64,000 nt of DNA from the human T2T-CHM13v2.0 reference genome, Homo sapiens, in assembly GCF_009914755.1 (NCBI RefSeq), contig NC_060929.1. One strand, written 5' to 3'. This document shows, piece by piece, positions 52,801 to 64,000 of this stretch (its first letter is position 1; the number at the start of each line of letters is the position of its first letter). Under the pieces are notes generated by a model. The model was not told where the DNA came from. It did no database searches and saw only the letters and a list, made by a program, of their open reading frames with translations. The position numbers and the translations under genes are program-made.

Positions 52801-55800
52801 TTGTGAGAATGCTTGGTTCTCCTTTTTTTGGGAAGATACCAGCTGCCAACGAATTCCTGAAAGAGTTCCTAATATCCACAAGCAGATTCTACAAAAGGAG
52901 TGTTGCAATTCTGCTCTATCAAAAGGCAGATTCAACTCAGTTACTTGAATGCACACATCTCAATGAAGTTCCTGAGCATGCCTCTGTCTAGTTTTCTGTG
53001 AAGATATTTCCTTTTCCGCCAAAGGCTTAAAAGCTCTCCAAAATGAACACTCGCAGATCCTACAAAAAGACTGTTTCAGAACTGCTCTATCAAAAGGACG
53101 GTTCCACTCTGTGAGGTGAATGCACACATCACAAAGCAGATTCTGAGAAAGCTTCTGTCAAGTTTGGCTGTGAAGATATTTCCTTTTCCATCTTAGTCCT
53201 CCCATTGCTCCAAATATCCACTTGTAGAGAGTACAAAAAGATTGTTTCAAAACTGTTCTCTCAAAAGGAAGGTTCAACTCTGTGAGTAGAATGCACACAT
53301 CACAAACCAGTTTCTGAGGATGCTTCTGACTAGTTTGAATGTGAAGATATCTCCTATAAAACGAATTCCTCCAACAGCTCCAAATATCCACAAGAAGATT
53401 CTACAAAAGCAGTGTTTCAAAACTGCTTTATCTAAAGAAAGGTTCAACCCTGTGAATTGAACAACTACATCACAAAGTATTTTCTCAGAATGTTTCTGTC
53501 TAGTTTTTAGGTGAAGATATTTCTTTTTCCACCATGGGGAAGAAAGCACTCCAAATGAACACTTGCAGATTCTACAAAAAGTGTGTTTCAACACTGCTCT
53601 ATCAAAAGAAAGTTTCAAGTCTGTGAGTTGAATCCCCACATCACAAAGCAGTTTCTGAGAATGCTTCTGCCTAGTTTTTAGGTGAAGGTATATCCTTTTC
53701 CATCTTAGGCCTCAAATCTCTCCAAACATCCACTTGCAGATACTTCAAAAAGACTGTTTCAAAACTGCTCTCAAAAGGAAGGTTCAACTCTGTGAGTTGA
53801 ATGCACACATCACAACGCAGTGTCTGAGAACGCTTCTGTCTAGTTTGCATGTGAAGATATTTCCTTTTCCATCTTAGGCCTCAAATCGATCCAAATATCC
53901 AATTGCAGACACCACAAAAAGACTGCTTCAAAACAGCTCTCGCAAAAGGAAGGTTCAACTCTGTGAGTTGAATGCACACATCACAGAGCAGTTTCTGAGA
54001 ATGCTTCTGTCTAGTTTGTATGTGAAGATATCCCGTTTACAACAAATTCCTCAAAGAGGCCCCAATAGCAACAAGCAGATTCTACAAAAGCAGTGTTTCA
54101 AAACTGCTCTATCAAAAGGAACTTCCAACTCTGCGAATTGAACACACACATCACAAAGCAGTCTCTGAGAATGCTTCTGTCTGGTTTTTAGGTGAAGATA
54201 TTCCTTTTTCCACCAGAGGCAACAAAGCACTCCAAACGAACACATGAAGATTCTACAAAAAGTGTGTTCCAACACTGCTCTATCAAAAGAAAGGTTCAAT
54301 TCTGGGAGTCCAATGTACATATCACAAAGAACTTTCTGAGAATGCTTGGGTCTACTTTTTATGTGAAGATAGCCGTTTCCAAAGAATTCTTCAAAGAGTT
54401 CCAGATATCCACAGGCAGATTCTACAAAAGAAGTGTTTCTATACTGCTCTATCAAAAGACGTATTCAACTCAGTTTCTTTAATGCACACATCTCAATGAA
54501 GTTCCTGAGAAAGCTTCTGTCTAGTTTTTATGTGAAAATATTTCCTTTTCCATCATGGGCCTCAAAGCGCTCAAAATGGACACTTGCAGATACTAGAGAA
54601 AGACTGTTTCAAAACTGCTCTATCCAAAGAACGGTTCCACTCTGTGAGGTGAATGCACACATCACAAAGCAGTTTCTGAGAACTCTTCTGTCTAGTTTGT
54701 ATGTGAACATATTTCCTTTTCCATCATAGGCCTCAAATCGCTCCAAATATCCACTTGCAGATACTACAGAAAGACTGTTTCAGAACTGCTTTCTCAAAAG
54801 AAAGTTTCAACTCTGTGAGTTGAATGCACACAGCACAAAGCAGTTTCTGAGAATGCTTCTGTGTAATTTGTATGTGAAGATATCCCGTATACGCCCAATT
54901 CCTCAAAGACCTCCAAATATCCACAAGCACATTCTACAAAAGCAGTGTTTCAAATCTGCTGTATCAAAAGAAAGGTTCAACTTTGTGAATTGGACACAAA
55001 CATCTCAAAGGAGTTTCTGAGAAGGCTTCTTTCTAGTTTGTATGTGAACACATTTCTTTTTCCACCACAGGCAACAAAGCTCTCCAAATGAACACTTGCA
55101 GATTCCATAAAAAGTGTGTTTCAACACTGATCTATCAAAATAAGGTTTCAAGTCTGTAAGTTTAATGCACACATCACAAAGCAGTTACTGAGAATGCTTC
55201 TGTCTAGTTTGTAGGTGAAGGTATTTCCTTTTCCATCTTAGACCTCAAATCACTAAAAATATCCACTTGTATATACTACAAAAAGAAGGTTTCAAAACCT
55301 CTCTCTCAAAAGGAAGGTTCAACTCTGTGAGTTGAATGCACACATCACAAAGCAGTTTCTGAGCATGCTTCTGTCTAGTTTGTATGTGAAGATAGTTCCT
55401 TTTCCCTCATAGGCCTCAAAGCATTCCAAATATCGACTTGCAGATACTACAAAAAGACTGTTTCAAAACTGTTCTCTCAGAAGGAAGGTTCAACTCCGTG
55501 TGTTGAATGCACACATCACAAAGCAGTTTCTGAGAATGCTTCTGGCTAGTTTGTATGTGAAGATATCCCTTTGACAGCGAATTCCTCAAAGAGCTCCAAA
55601 TATCCACAAGCAGATTCTAGAAAAGCAGTGTTTCAAAACTGCTCAATCTAAAGAAAGGTTCACCTCTGTGCATTGAACACACATATCACAAAGGAGTTTC
55701 GGAGAACGCTTCTTCCTAGTGTTTATGTGAAGATATTTCTTTTTCCACCATAGGCATCAAAGCGCTCCAAATGAACTCTTGCAGATTCTACAAATGTGTG

Positions 55801-58800
55801 TTTCAACACTGCTCCGTCTAAAGAAATGTTCAAGTCTCTGAGTTGAATGCACCCATCACAAAGCAGTTTCTGAGAATGCTTCTATCTAGTTTGTATGTGC
55901 AGATATTCCCGTTTCCATCTTAAGCCTCACATCGCTCCATATATCCACTTGAGGATACTACAAAAAACTGTTTCAAAACTGCTCTCTCAAAAGGAAGGTT
56001 CAACTCTGTGAGCTGAATGCACACATCACAAAGCAGTTAATGAGATTGCTTCTGTCTAGTTTGTATGTGAGGATATTTCCTTTTCAATCTTAGACTTCCC
56101 ATCACTCCAAGTATCCACTTGCAGATATTTCAAAGAGACTGTTTAAAAACTGCTCTCTCAGAAGGAAGGTTCAACTCTGTGAGTTGAATGCACACACCAC
56201 AAAGCAGTTTCTGAGAATGCTTGTGTCTAGTTTGTATGTGAAGATATCCCGTTTACAACGAATTCCTCAAAGAGCTCCAAATATCCACAAGCAGATTCTA
56301 CAGAAGCAGTGTATCAAAACTGCTCTATCAAAAGAAAGGTTCAACTCTCTGAATAGAACAAACACATCACAAAGGAGTTTCTGAGAATGCTTCTGTCTAG
56401 TATTTATGTGAAGATATTTCTTTTTCCACCATAGGGAAAAAAACGCTCCAAGCGAACACTTGCACATCCTACAAAATGTGTGTTTCAACACTGCTCTTTC
56501 AAGAGAAAGGTTCAAGTCTGTGAGTTGAATGCACACATCACTAAGCAGTTTCTGAGAATGCTTCTGTCTAGTTTGTATGTGAAGATATCCCGTTTACAAC
56601 GAAATCCTCAAAGAGCTCCAAATATCCACAAGCAGATCCTATAAAAGCGGTGTTTCAAAACTGCTCTATCAAAAGAAAATTTCAATTCTGTGAATTTGAC
56701 ACACACTTCACAAAGGAGTTTCTGAGAATGTTTCTGTCTAGTTTTCATTTGAAGATATTTCTTTTTCCACCGTAGGCAACAAAGCGCACTAAATGAACAC
56801 TTGCAGATTCTACAAAAAGCGTGTTCCAACCCTGATCTCTCAAAAGAAAGTTTGAAGTCTGTGAGTTTAAGGCACACATCTCAAAGAACTTTGTGAGAAT
56901 GCTTGGTTCTCCTTTTTTTGGGAAGATACCAGCTGCCAACGAATTCCTGAAAGAGTTCCAAATATCCACAAGCAGATTCTACAAAAGGAGTGTTGCAATT
57001 CTGCTCTATCAAAAGGCAGATTCAACTCAGTTACTTGAATGCACACATCTCAATGAAGTTCCTGAGCATGCCTCTGTCTAGTTTTCTGTGAAGATATTTC
57101 CTTTTCCGCCAAAGGCTTAAAAGCTCTCCAAAATGAACACTCGCAGATCCTACAAAAAGACTGTTTCAGAACTGCTCTATCAAAAGGACGGTTCCACTCT
57201 GTGAGGTGAATGCACACATCACAAAGCAGATTCTGAGAAAGCTTCTGTCAAGTTTGGCTGTGAAGATATTTCCTTTTCCATCTTAGTCCTCCCATTGCTC
57301 CAAATATCCACTTGTAGAGAGTACAAAAAGATTGTTTCAAAACTGTTCTCTCAAAAGGAAGGTTCAACTCTGTGAGTAGAATGCACACATCACAAACCAG
57401 TTTCTGAGGATGCTTCTGACTAGTTTGAATGTGAAGATATCCCCTATAAAACGAATTCCTCCAACAGCTCCAAATATCCACAAGAAGATTCTACAAAAGC
57501 AGTGTTTCAAAACTGCTTTATCTAAAGAAAGGTTCAACCCTGTGAATTGAACAACTACATCACAAAGTATTTTCTGAGAATGTTTCTGTCTAGTTTTTAG
57601 GTGAAGATATTTCTTTTTCCACCATGGGGAAGAAAGCACTCCAAATGAACACTTGCAGATTCTACAAAAAGTGTGTTTCAACACTGCTCTATCAAAAGAA
57701 AGTTTCAAGTCTGTGAGTTGAATCCCCACATCACAAAGCAGTTTCTGAGAATGCTTCTGCCTAGTTTTTAGGTGAAGGTATATCCTTTTCCATCTTAGGC
57801 CTCAAATCTCTCCAAACATCCACTTGCAGATACTTCAAAAAGACTGTTTCAAAACTGCTCTCAAAAGGAAGGTTCAACTCTGTGAGTTGAATGCACACAT
57901 CACAACGCAGTGTCTGAGAACGCTTCTGTCTAGTTTGCATGTGAAGATATTTCCTTTTCCATCTTAGGCCTCAAATCGATCCAAATATCCAATTGCAGAC
58001 ACCACAAAAAGACTGCTTCAAAACAGCTCTCGCAAAAGGAAGGTTCAACTCTGTGAGTTGAATGCACACATCACAGAGCAGTTTCTGAGAATGCTTCTGT
58101 CTAGTTTGTATGTGAACATATCCCGTTTACAACAAATTCCTCAAAGAGGCCCCAATAGCAACAAGCAGATTCTACAAAAGCAGTGTTTCAAAACTGCTCT
58201 ATCAAAAGGAACTTCCAACTCTGCGAATTGAACACACACATCACAAAGCAGTCTCTGAGAATGCTTCTGTCTGGTTTTTAGGTGAAGATATTCCTTTTTC
58301 CACCAGAGGCAACAAAGCACTCCAAACGAACACATGAAGATTCTACAAAAAGTGTGTTCCAACACTGCTCTATCAAAAGAAAGGTTCAAGTCTGGGAGTC
58401 CAATGTACATATCGCAAAGAACTTTCTGAGAATGCTTGGGTCTACTTTTTATGTGAAGATAGCCGTTTCCAAAGAATTCTTCAAAGAGTTCCAGATATCC
58501 ACAGGCAGATTCTACAAAAGAAGTGTTTCAATACTGCTCTATCAAAAGACGTATTCAACTCAGTTACTTTAATGCACACATCTCAATGAAGTTCCTGAGA
58601 AAGCTTCTGTCTAGTTTTTATGTGAAAATATTTCCTTTTCCATCATGGGCCTCAAAGCGCTCAAAATGGACACTTGCAGATACTAGAGAAAGACTGTTTC
58701 AAAACTGCTCTATCCAAAGAACGGTTCCACTCTGTGAGGTGAATGCACACATCACAAAGCAGTTTCTGAGAACTCTTCTGTCTAGTTTGTATGTGAACAT

Positions 58801-60400
58801 ATTTCCTTTTCCATCATAGGCCTCAAATCGCTCCAAATATCCACTTGCAGATACTACAAAAAGACTGTTTCAGAACTGCTTTCTCAAAAGAAAGTTTCAA
58901 CTCTGTGAGTTGAATGCACACAGCACAAAGCAGTTTCTGAGAATGCTTCTGTATAATTTGTATGTGAAGATATCCCGTATACGCCCAATTCCTCAAAGAC
59001 CTCCAAATATCCACAAGCACATTCTACAAAAGCAGTGTTTCAAATCTGCTGTATCAAAAGAAAGGTTCAACTTTGTGAATTGGACACAAACATCTCAAAG
59101 GAGTTTCTGAGAAGGCTTCTTTCTAGTTTGTATGTGAACACATTTCTTTTTCCACCACAGGCAACGAAGCTCTCCAAATGAACACTTGCAGATTCTATAA
59201 AAAGTGTGTTTCAACACTGCTCTATCAAAATAAGGTTTCAAGTCTGTACGTTTAATGCACACATCAAAAGCAGTTTCTGAGAATGCTTCTGTCTAGTTTG
59301 TAGGTGAAGGTATTCCCTTTTCCATCTTAGACCCCAAATCACTAAAAATATCCACTTGTATATACTACAAAAAGAAGGTTTCAAAACCTCTCTCTCAAAA
59401 GGAAGGTTCAACTCTGTGAGTTGAATGCACACATCACAAAGCAGTTTCTGAGCATGCTTCTGTCTAGTTTGTATGTGAAGATAGTTCCTTTTCCCTCATA
59501 GGCCTCAAAGCGTTCCAAATATCGACTTGCAGATACTACAAAAAGACTGTTTGAAAACTGTTCTCTCAGAAGGAAGGTTCAACTCCGTGTGTTGAATGCA
59601 CACATCACAAAGCAGTTTCTGAGAATGCTTCTGGCTACTTTGTATGTGAAGATATCCCTTTGACAGCGAATTCCTCAAAGAGCTCCAAATATCCACAAGC
59701 AGATTCTAGAAAAGCAGTGTTTCAAAACTGCTCAATCTAAAGAAAGGTTCACCTCTGTGCATTGAACACACATATCACAAAGGAGTTTCGGAGAACGCTT
59801 CTTCCTAGTGTTTATGTGAAGATATTTCTTTTTCCACCATAGGCATCAAAGCGCTCCAAATGAACTCTTGCAGATTCTACAAATGTGTGTTTCAACACTG
59901 CTCCGTCTAAAGAAATGTTCAAGTCTCTGAGTTGAATGCACCCATCACAAAGCAGTTTCTGAGAATGCTTCTATCTAGTTTGTATGTGCAGATATTCCCG
60001 TTTCCATCTTAAGCCTCACATCGCTCCATATATCCACTTGAGGATACTACAAAAAACTGTTTCAAAACTGCTCTCTCAAAAGGAAGGTTCAACTCTGTGA
60101 GCTGAATGCACACATCACAAAGCAGTTAATGAGATTGCTTCTGTCTAGTTTGCATGTGAGGATATTTCCTTTTCAATCTTAGACTTCCCATCGCTCCAAG
60201 TATCCACTTGCAGATATTTCAAAGAGACTGTTTAAAAACTGCTCTCTCAGAAGGAAGGTCCAACTCTGTGAGTTGAATGCACACACCACAAAGCAGTTTC
60301 TGAGAATGCCTGTGTCTAGTTTGTATGTGAAGATATCCCGTTTACAACGAATTCCTCAAAGAGCTCCAAATATCCACAAGCAGATTCTACAGAAGCAGTG
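34810..60400 (-). repeat. Three-HOR super-repeat, period 12,269 bp (72 monomers), ~2.1 copies
   Basis: Private variants recur at an offset of 12,269: AGGTTTAACT (~35890/48160), GTGAAGGTATCCC (~37669/49938), TTCCTAATAT (40601/52870), TCTCCTATAA (41081/53350), TTCAATTCTGGG (42031/54300), TCCCCTATAA (45171/57440), GTGAACATATCCC (~45848/58117). Confidence 0.9.
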
Positions 60401-63400
60401 TATCAAAACTGCTCTATCAAAAGAAAGGTTCAACTCTCTGAATAGAACAAACACATCACAAAGGAGTTTCTGAGAATGCTTCTGTCTAGTATTTATGTGA
60501 AGATATTTCTTTTTCCACCATAGGCAAAAAAACGCTCCAAGCGAACACTTGCACATCCTACAAAATGTGTGTTTCAACACTGCTCTTTCAAGAGAAAGGT
60601 TCAAGTCTGTGAGTTGAATGCACACATCACTAAGCAGTTTCTGAGAATGCTTCTGTCTAGTTTGTATGTGAAGATATCCCGTTTACAACGAAATCCTCAA
60701 AGAGCTCCAAATATCCACAAGCAGATCCTATAAAAGCGGTGTTTCAAAACTGCTCTATCAAAAGAAAATTTCAATTCTGTGAATTTGACACACACTTCAC
60801 AAAGGAGTTTCTGAGAATGTTTCTGTCTAGTTTTCATTTGAAGATATTTCTTTTTCCACCGTAGGCAACAAAGCGCACTAAATGAACACTTGCAGATTCT
60901 ACAAAAAGCGTGTTCCAACCCTGATCTCTCAAAAGAAAGTTTGAAGTCTGTGAGTTTAAGGCACACATCTCAAAGAACTTTGTGAGAATGCTTGGTTCTC
61001 CTTTTTTTGGGAAGATACCAGCTGCCAACGAATTCCTGAAAGAGTTCCAAATATCCACAAGCAGATTCTACAAAAGGAGTGTTGCAATTCTGCTCTATCA
61101 AAAGGCAGATTCAACTCAGTTACTTGAATGCACACATCTCAATGAAGTTCCTGAGCATGCCTCTGTCTAGTTTTCTGTGAAGATATTTCCTTTTCCGCCA
61201 AAGGCTTAAAAGCTCTCCAAAATGAACACTCGCAGATCCTACAAAAAGACTGTTTCAGAACTGCTCTATCAAAAGGACGGTTCCACTCTGTGAGGTGAAT
61301 GCACACATCACAAAGCAGATTCTGAGAAAGCTTCTGTCAAGTTTGGCTGTGAAGATATTTCCTTTTCCATCTTAGTCCTCCCATTGCTCCAAATATCCAC
61401 TTGTAGAGAGTACAAAAAGATTGTTTCAAAACTGTTCTCTCAAAAGGAAGGTTCAACTCTGTGAGTAGAATGCACACATCACAAACCAGTTTCTGAGGAT
61501 GCTTCTGACTAGTTTGAATGTGAAGATATCCCCTTTAAAACGAATTCCTCCAACAGCTCCAAATATCCACAAGAAGATTCTACAAAAGCAGTGTTTCAAA
61601 ACTGCTTTATCTAAAGAAAGGTTCAACCCTGTGAATTGAACAACTACATCACAAAGTATTTTCTGAGAATGTTTCTGTCTAGTTTTTAGGTGAAGATATT
61701 TCTTTTTCCACCATGGGGAAGAAAGCACTCCAAATGAACACTTGCAGATTCTACAAAAAGTGTGTTTCAACACTGCTCTATCAAAAGAAAGTTTCAAGTC
61801 TGTGAGTTGAATCCCCACATCACAAAGCAGTTTCTGAGAATGCTTCTGCCTAGTTTTTAGGTGAAGGTATATCCTTTTCCATCTTAGGCCTCAAATCTCT
61901 CCAAACATCCACTTGCAGATACTTCAAAAAGACTGTTTCAAAACTGCTCTCAAAAGGAAGGTTCAACTCTGTGAGTTGAATGCACACATCACAACGCAGT
62001 GTCTGAGAACGCTTCTGTCTAGTTTGCATGTGAAGATATTTCCTTTTCCATCTTAGGCCTCAAATCGATCCAAATATCCAATTGCAGACACCACAAAAAG
62101 ACTGCTTCAAAACAGCTCTCGCAAAAGGAAGGTTCAACTCTGTGAGTTGAATGCACACATCACAGAGCAGTTTCTGAGAATGCTTCTGTCTAGTTTGTAT
62201 GTGAAGATATCCCGTTTACAACAAATTCCTCAAAGAGGCCCCAATAGCAACAAGCAGATTCTACAAAAGCAGTGTTTCAAAACTGCTCTATCAAAAGGAA
62301 CTTCCAACTCTGCGAATTGAACACACACATCACAAAGCAGTCTCTGAGAATGCTTCTGTCTGGTTTTTAGGTGAAGATATTCCTTTTTCCACCAGAGGCA
62401 ACAAAGCACTCCAAACGAACACATGAAGATTCTACAAAAAGTGTGTTCCAACACTGCTCTATCAAAAGAAAGGTTCAAGTCTGGGAGTCCAATGTACATA
62501 TCACAAAGAACTTTCTGAGAATGCTTGGGTCTACTTTTTATGTGAAGATAGCCGTTTCCAAAGAATTCTTCAAAGAGTTCCAGATATCCACAGGCAGATT
62601 CTACAAAAGAAGTGTTTCTATACTGCTCTATCAAAAGACGTATTCAACTCAGTTTCTTTAATGCACACATCTCAATGAAGTTCCTGAGAAAGCTTCTGTC
62701 TAGTTTTTATGTGAAAATATTTCCTTTTCCATCATGGGCCTCAAAGCGCTCAAAATGGACACTTGCAGATACTAGAGAAAGACTGTTTCAAAACTGCTCT
62801 ATCCAAAGAACGGTTCCACTCTGTGAGGTGAATGCACACATCACAAAGCAGTTTCTGAGAACTCTTCTGTCTAGTTTGTATGTGAACATATTTCCTTTTC
62901 CATCATAGGCCTCAAATCGCTCCAAATATCCACTTGCAGATACTACAAAAAGACTGTTTCAGAACTGCTTTCTCAAAAGAAAGTTTCAACTCTGTGAGTT
63001 GAATGCACACAGCACAAAGCAGTTTCTGAGAATGCTTCTGTGTAATTTGTATGTGAAGATATCCCGTATACGCCCAATTCCTCAAAGACCTCCAAATATC
63101 CACAAGCACATTCTACAAAAGCAGTGTTTCAAATCTGCTGTATCAAAAGAAAGGTTCAACTTTGTGAATTGGACACAAACATCTCAAAGGAGTTTCTGAG
63201 AAGGCTTCTTTCTAGTTTGTATGTGAACACATTTCTTTTTCCACCACAGGCAACAAAGCTCTCCAAATGAACACTTGCAGATTCCATAAAAAGTGTGTTT
63301 CAACACTGATCTATCAAAATAAGGTTTCAAGTCTGTAAGTTTAATGCACACATCACAAAGCAGTTACTGAGAATGCTTCTGTCTAGTTTGTAGGTGAAGG

Positions 63401-64000
63401 TATTTCCTTTTCCATCTTAGACCTCAAATCACTAAAAATATCCACTTGTATATACTACAAAAAGACTGTTTCAAAACCTCTCTCTCAAAAGGAAGGTTCA
63501 ACTCTGTGAGTTGAATGCACACATCACAAAGCAGTTTCTGAGCATGCTTCTGTCTAGTTTGTATGTGAAGATAGTTCCTTTTCCCTCATAGGCCTCAAAG
63601 CATTCCAAATATCGACTTGCAGATACTACAAAAAGACTGTTTCAAAACTGTTCTCTCAGAAGGAAGGTTCAACTCCGTGTGTTGAATGCACACATCACAA
63701 AGCAGTTTCTGAGAATGCTTCTGGCTAGTTTGTATGTGAAGATATCCCTTTGACAGCGAATTCCTCAAAGAGCTCCAAATATCCACAAGCAGATTCTAGA
63801 AAAGCAGTGTTTCAAAACTGCTCAATCTAAAGAAAGGTTCACCTCTGTGCATTGAACACACATATCACAAAGGAGTTTCGGAGAACGCTTCTTTCTAGTG
63901 TTTATGTGAAGATATTTCTTTTTCCACCATAGGCATCAAAGCGCTCCAAATGAACTCTTGCAGATTCTACAAATGTGTGTTTCAACACTGCTCCGTCTAA

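Larger units (their letters stand above)
1..64000 (-). repeat. Alpha-satellite (alphoid) tandem array, ~171-bp monomers, single orientation
   Basis: Hallmark motifs GTTTCTGAGAATGCTTCTGTCTAG, GTGAAGATAT, TTCAACTCTGTGAGTTGAATGCACACATCACAAAG and CCAAATATCCACTTGCAGA recur every ~169-171 bp throughout. They are the reverse complement of the usual CATTCTCAGAAAC... consensus orientation. Confidence 0.99.
2650..64000 (-). repeat. 24-monomer higher-order repeat array (unit 4,087-4,090 bp, ~15 copies), SF5 (R1/R2)-like
   Basis: The marker CCGTCTAA occurs at ~2830, 6917, (deleted), 14411, 19010, 23098, 27187, 31276, 35365, 39455, 43545, 47634, 51724, 55814, 59903 and 63993. The repeated ORF MCLKLTDFK recurs with spacings 4087, 3406, 4599, 4088, 4088, 4089, 4089, 4089, 4090, 4090, 4089, 4090, 4090, 4089. 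I counted 24 GTGAAGATAT-type anchors between 3595 and 7682. The SF5 label is inferred from irregular A/B alternation only. Confidence 0.95.

Noticed and set aside
9-63786. Many 62-134 aa ORFs on both strands, Cys/His/Lys-rich and superficially zinc-finger-like (e.g. HTFCRICKCSF)
   Set aside because: They are translations of alpha-satellite monomers, recur with the HOR period, open and close with single SNVs or 1-bp indels, often start at non-ATG codons, and lack C2H2 spacing or gene context.
1-64000. CRISPR-like appearance of conserved motifs separated by variable sequence
   Set aside because: The intervening sequences are homologous to each other rather than unique spacers, the period is ~171 bp, and no cas genes are present.
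1-64000. Possible L1/Alu insertion or strand inversion
   Set aside because: All marker spacings are explained by whole monomers. I saw no poly-A tail, target-site duplication, non-alphoid block or plus-strand CATTCTCAGAAAC motif.
2650-64000. Assignment to a named array, chromosome or species
   Set aside because: It cannot be established without an HMM or database search. Only an SF5-like A/B pattern is inferred.

Overview
The whole window is primate (human/great-ape-type) centromeric alpha-satellite DNA: head-to-tail ~171-bp monomers in one orientation, with CENP-B boxes reading on the minus strand. I saw no genes, transposon insertions or inversions, and all listed ORFs are artefacts of the repeat. 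Positions 1 to ~2,650 are a divergent, non-HOR flank. At ~2,650 a hybrid monomer marks an abrupt start of a higher-order repeat (HOR) array of 24 monomers (4,087-4,090 bp), about 15 copies, running off the right end. The irregular A/B monomer order is SF5 (R1/R2)-like; chromosome and species cannot be assigned from the sequence alone. The interest is structural and evolutionary: (i) the 24-mer decomposes as 5+4+5+4+4+2 monomers, i.e. a duplicated ancestral 9-mer plus tetramer units; (ii) a 20-mer and a 27-mer variant near the edge both skip four monomers at nearly the same place; (iii) a 12,269-bp three-HOR (72-monomer) super-repeat spans ~34.8-60.4 kb; (iv) one CENP-B box shows a stepwise loss series; (v) a 36-bp templated insertion with a snap-back hairpin lies at ~290-330. 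I found no evidence of a novel protein-coding system. All alignments were done by eye.
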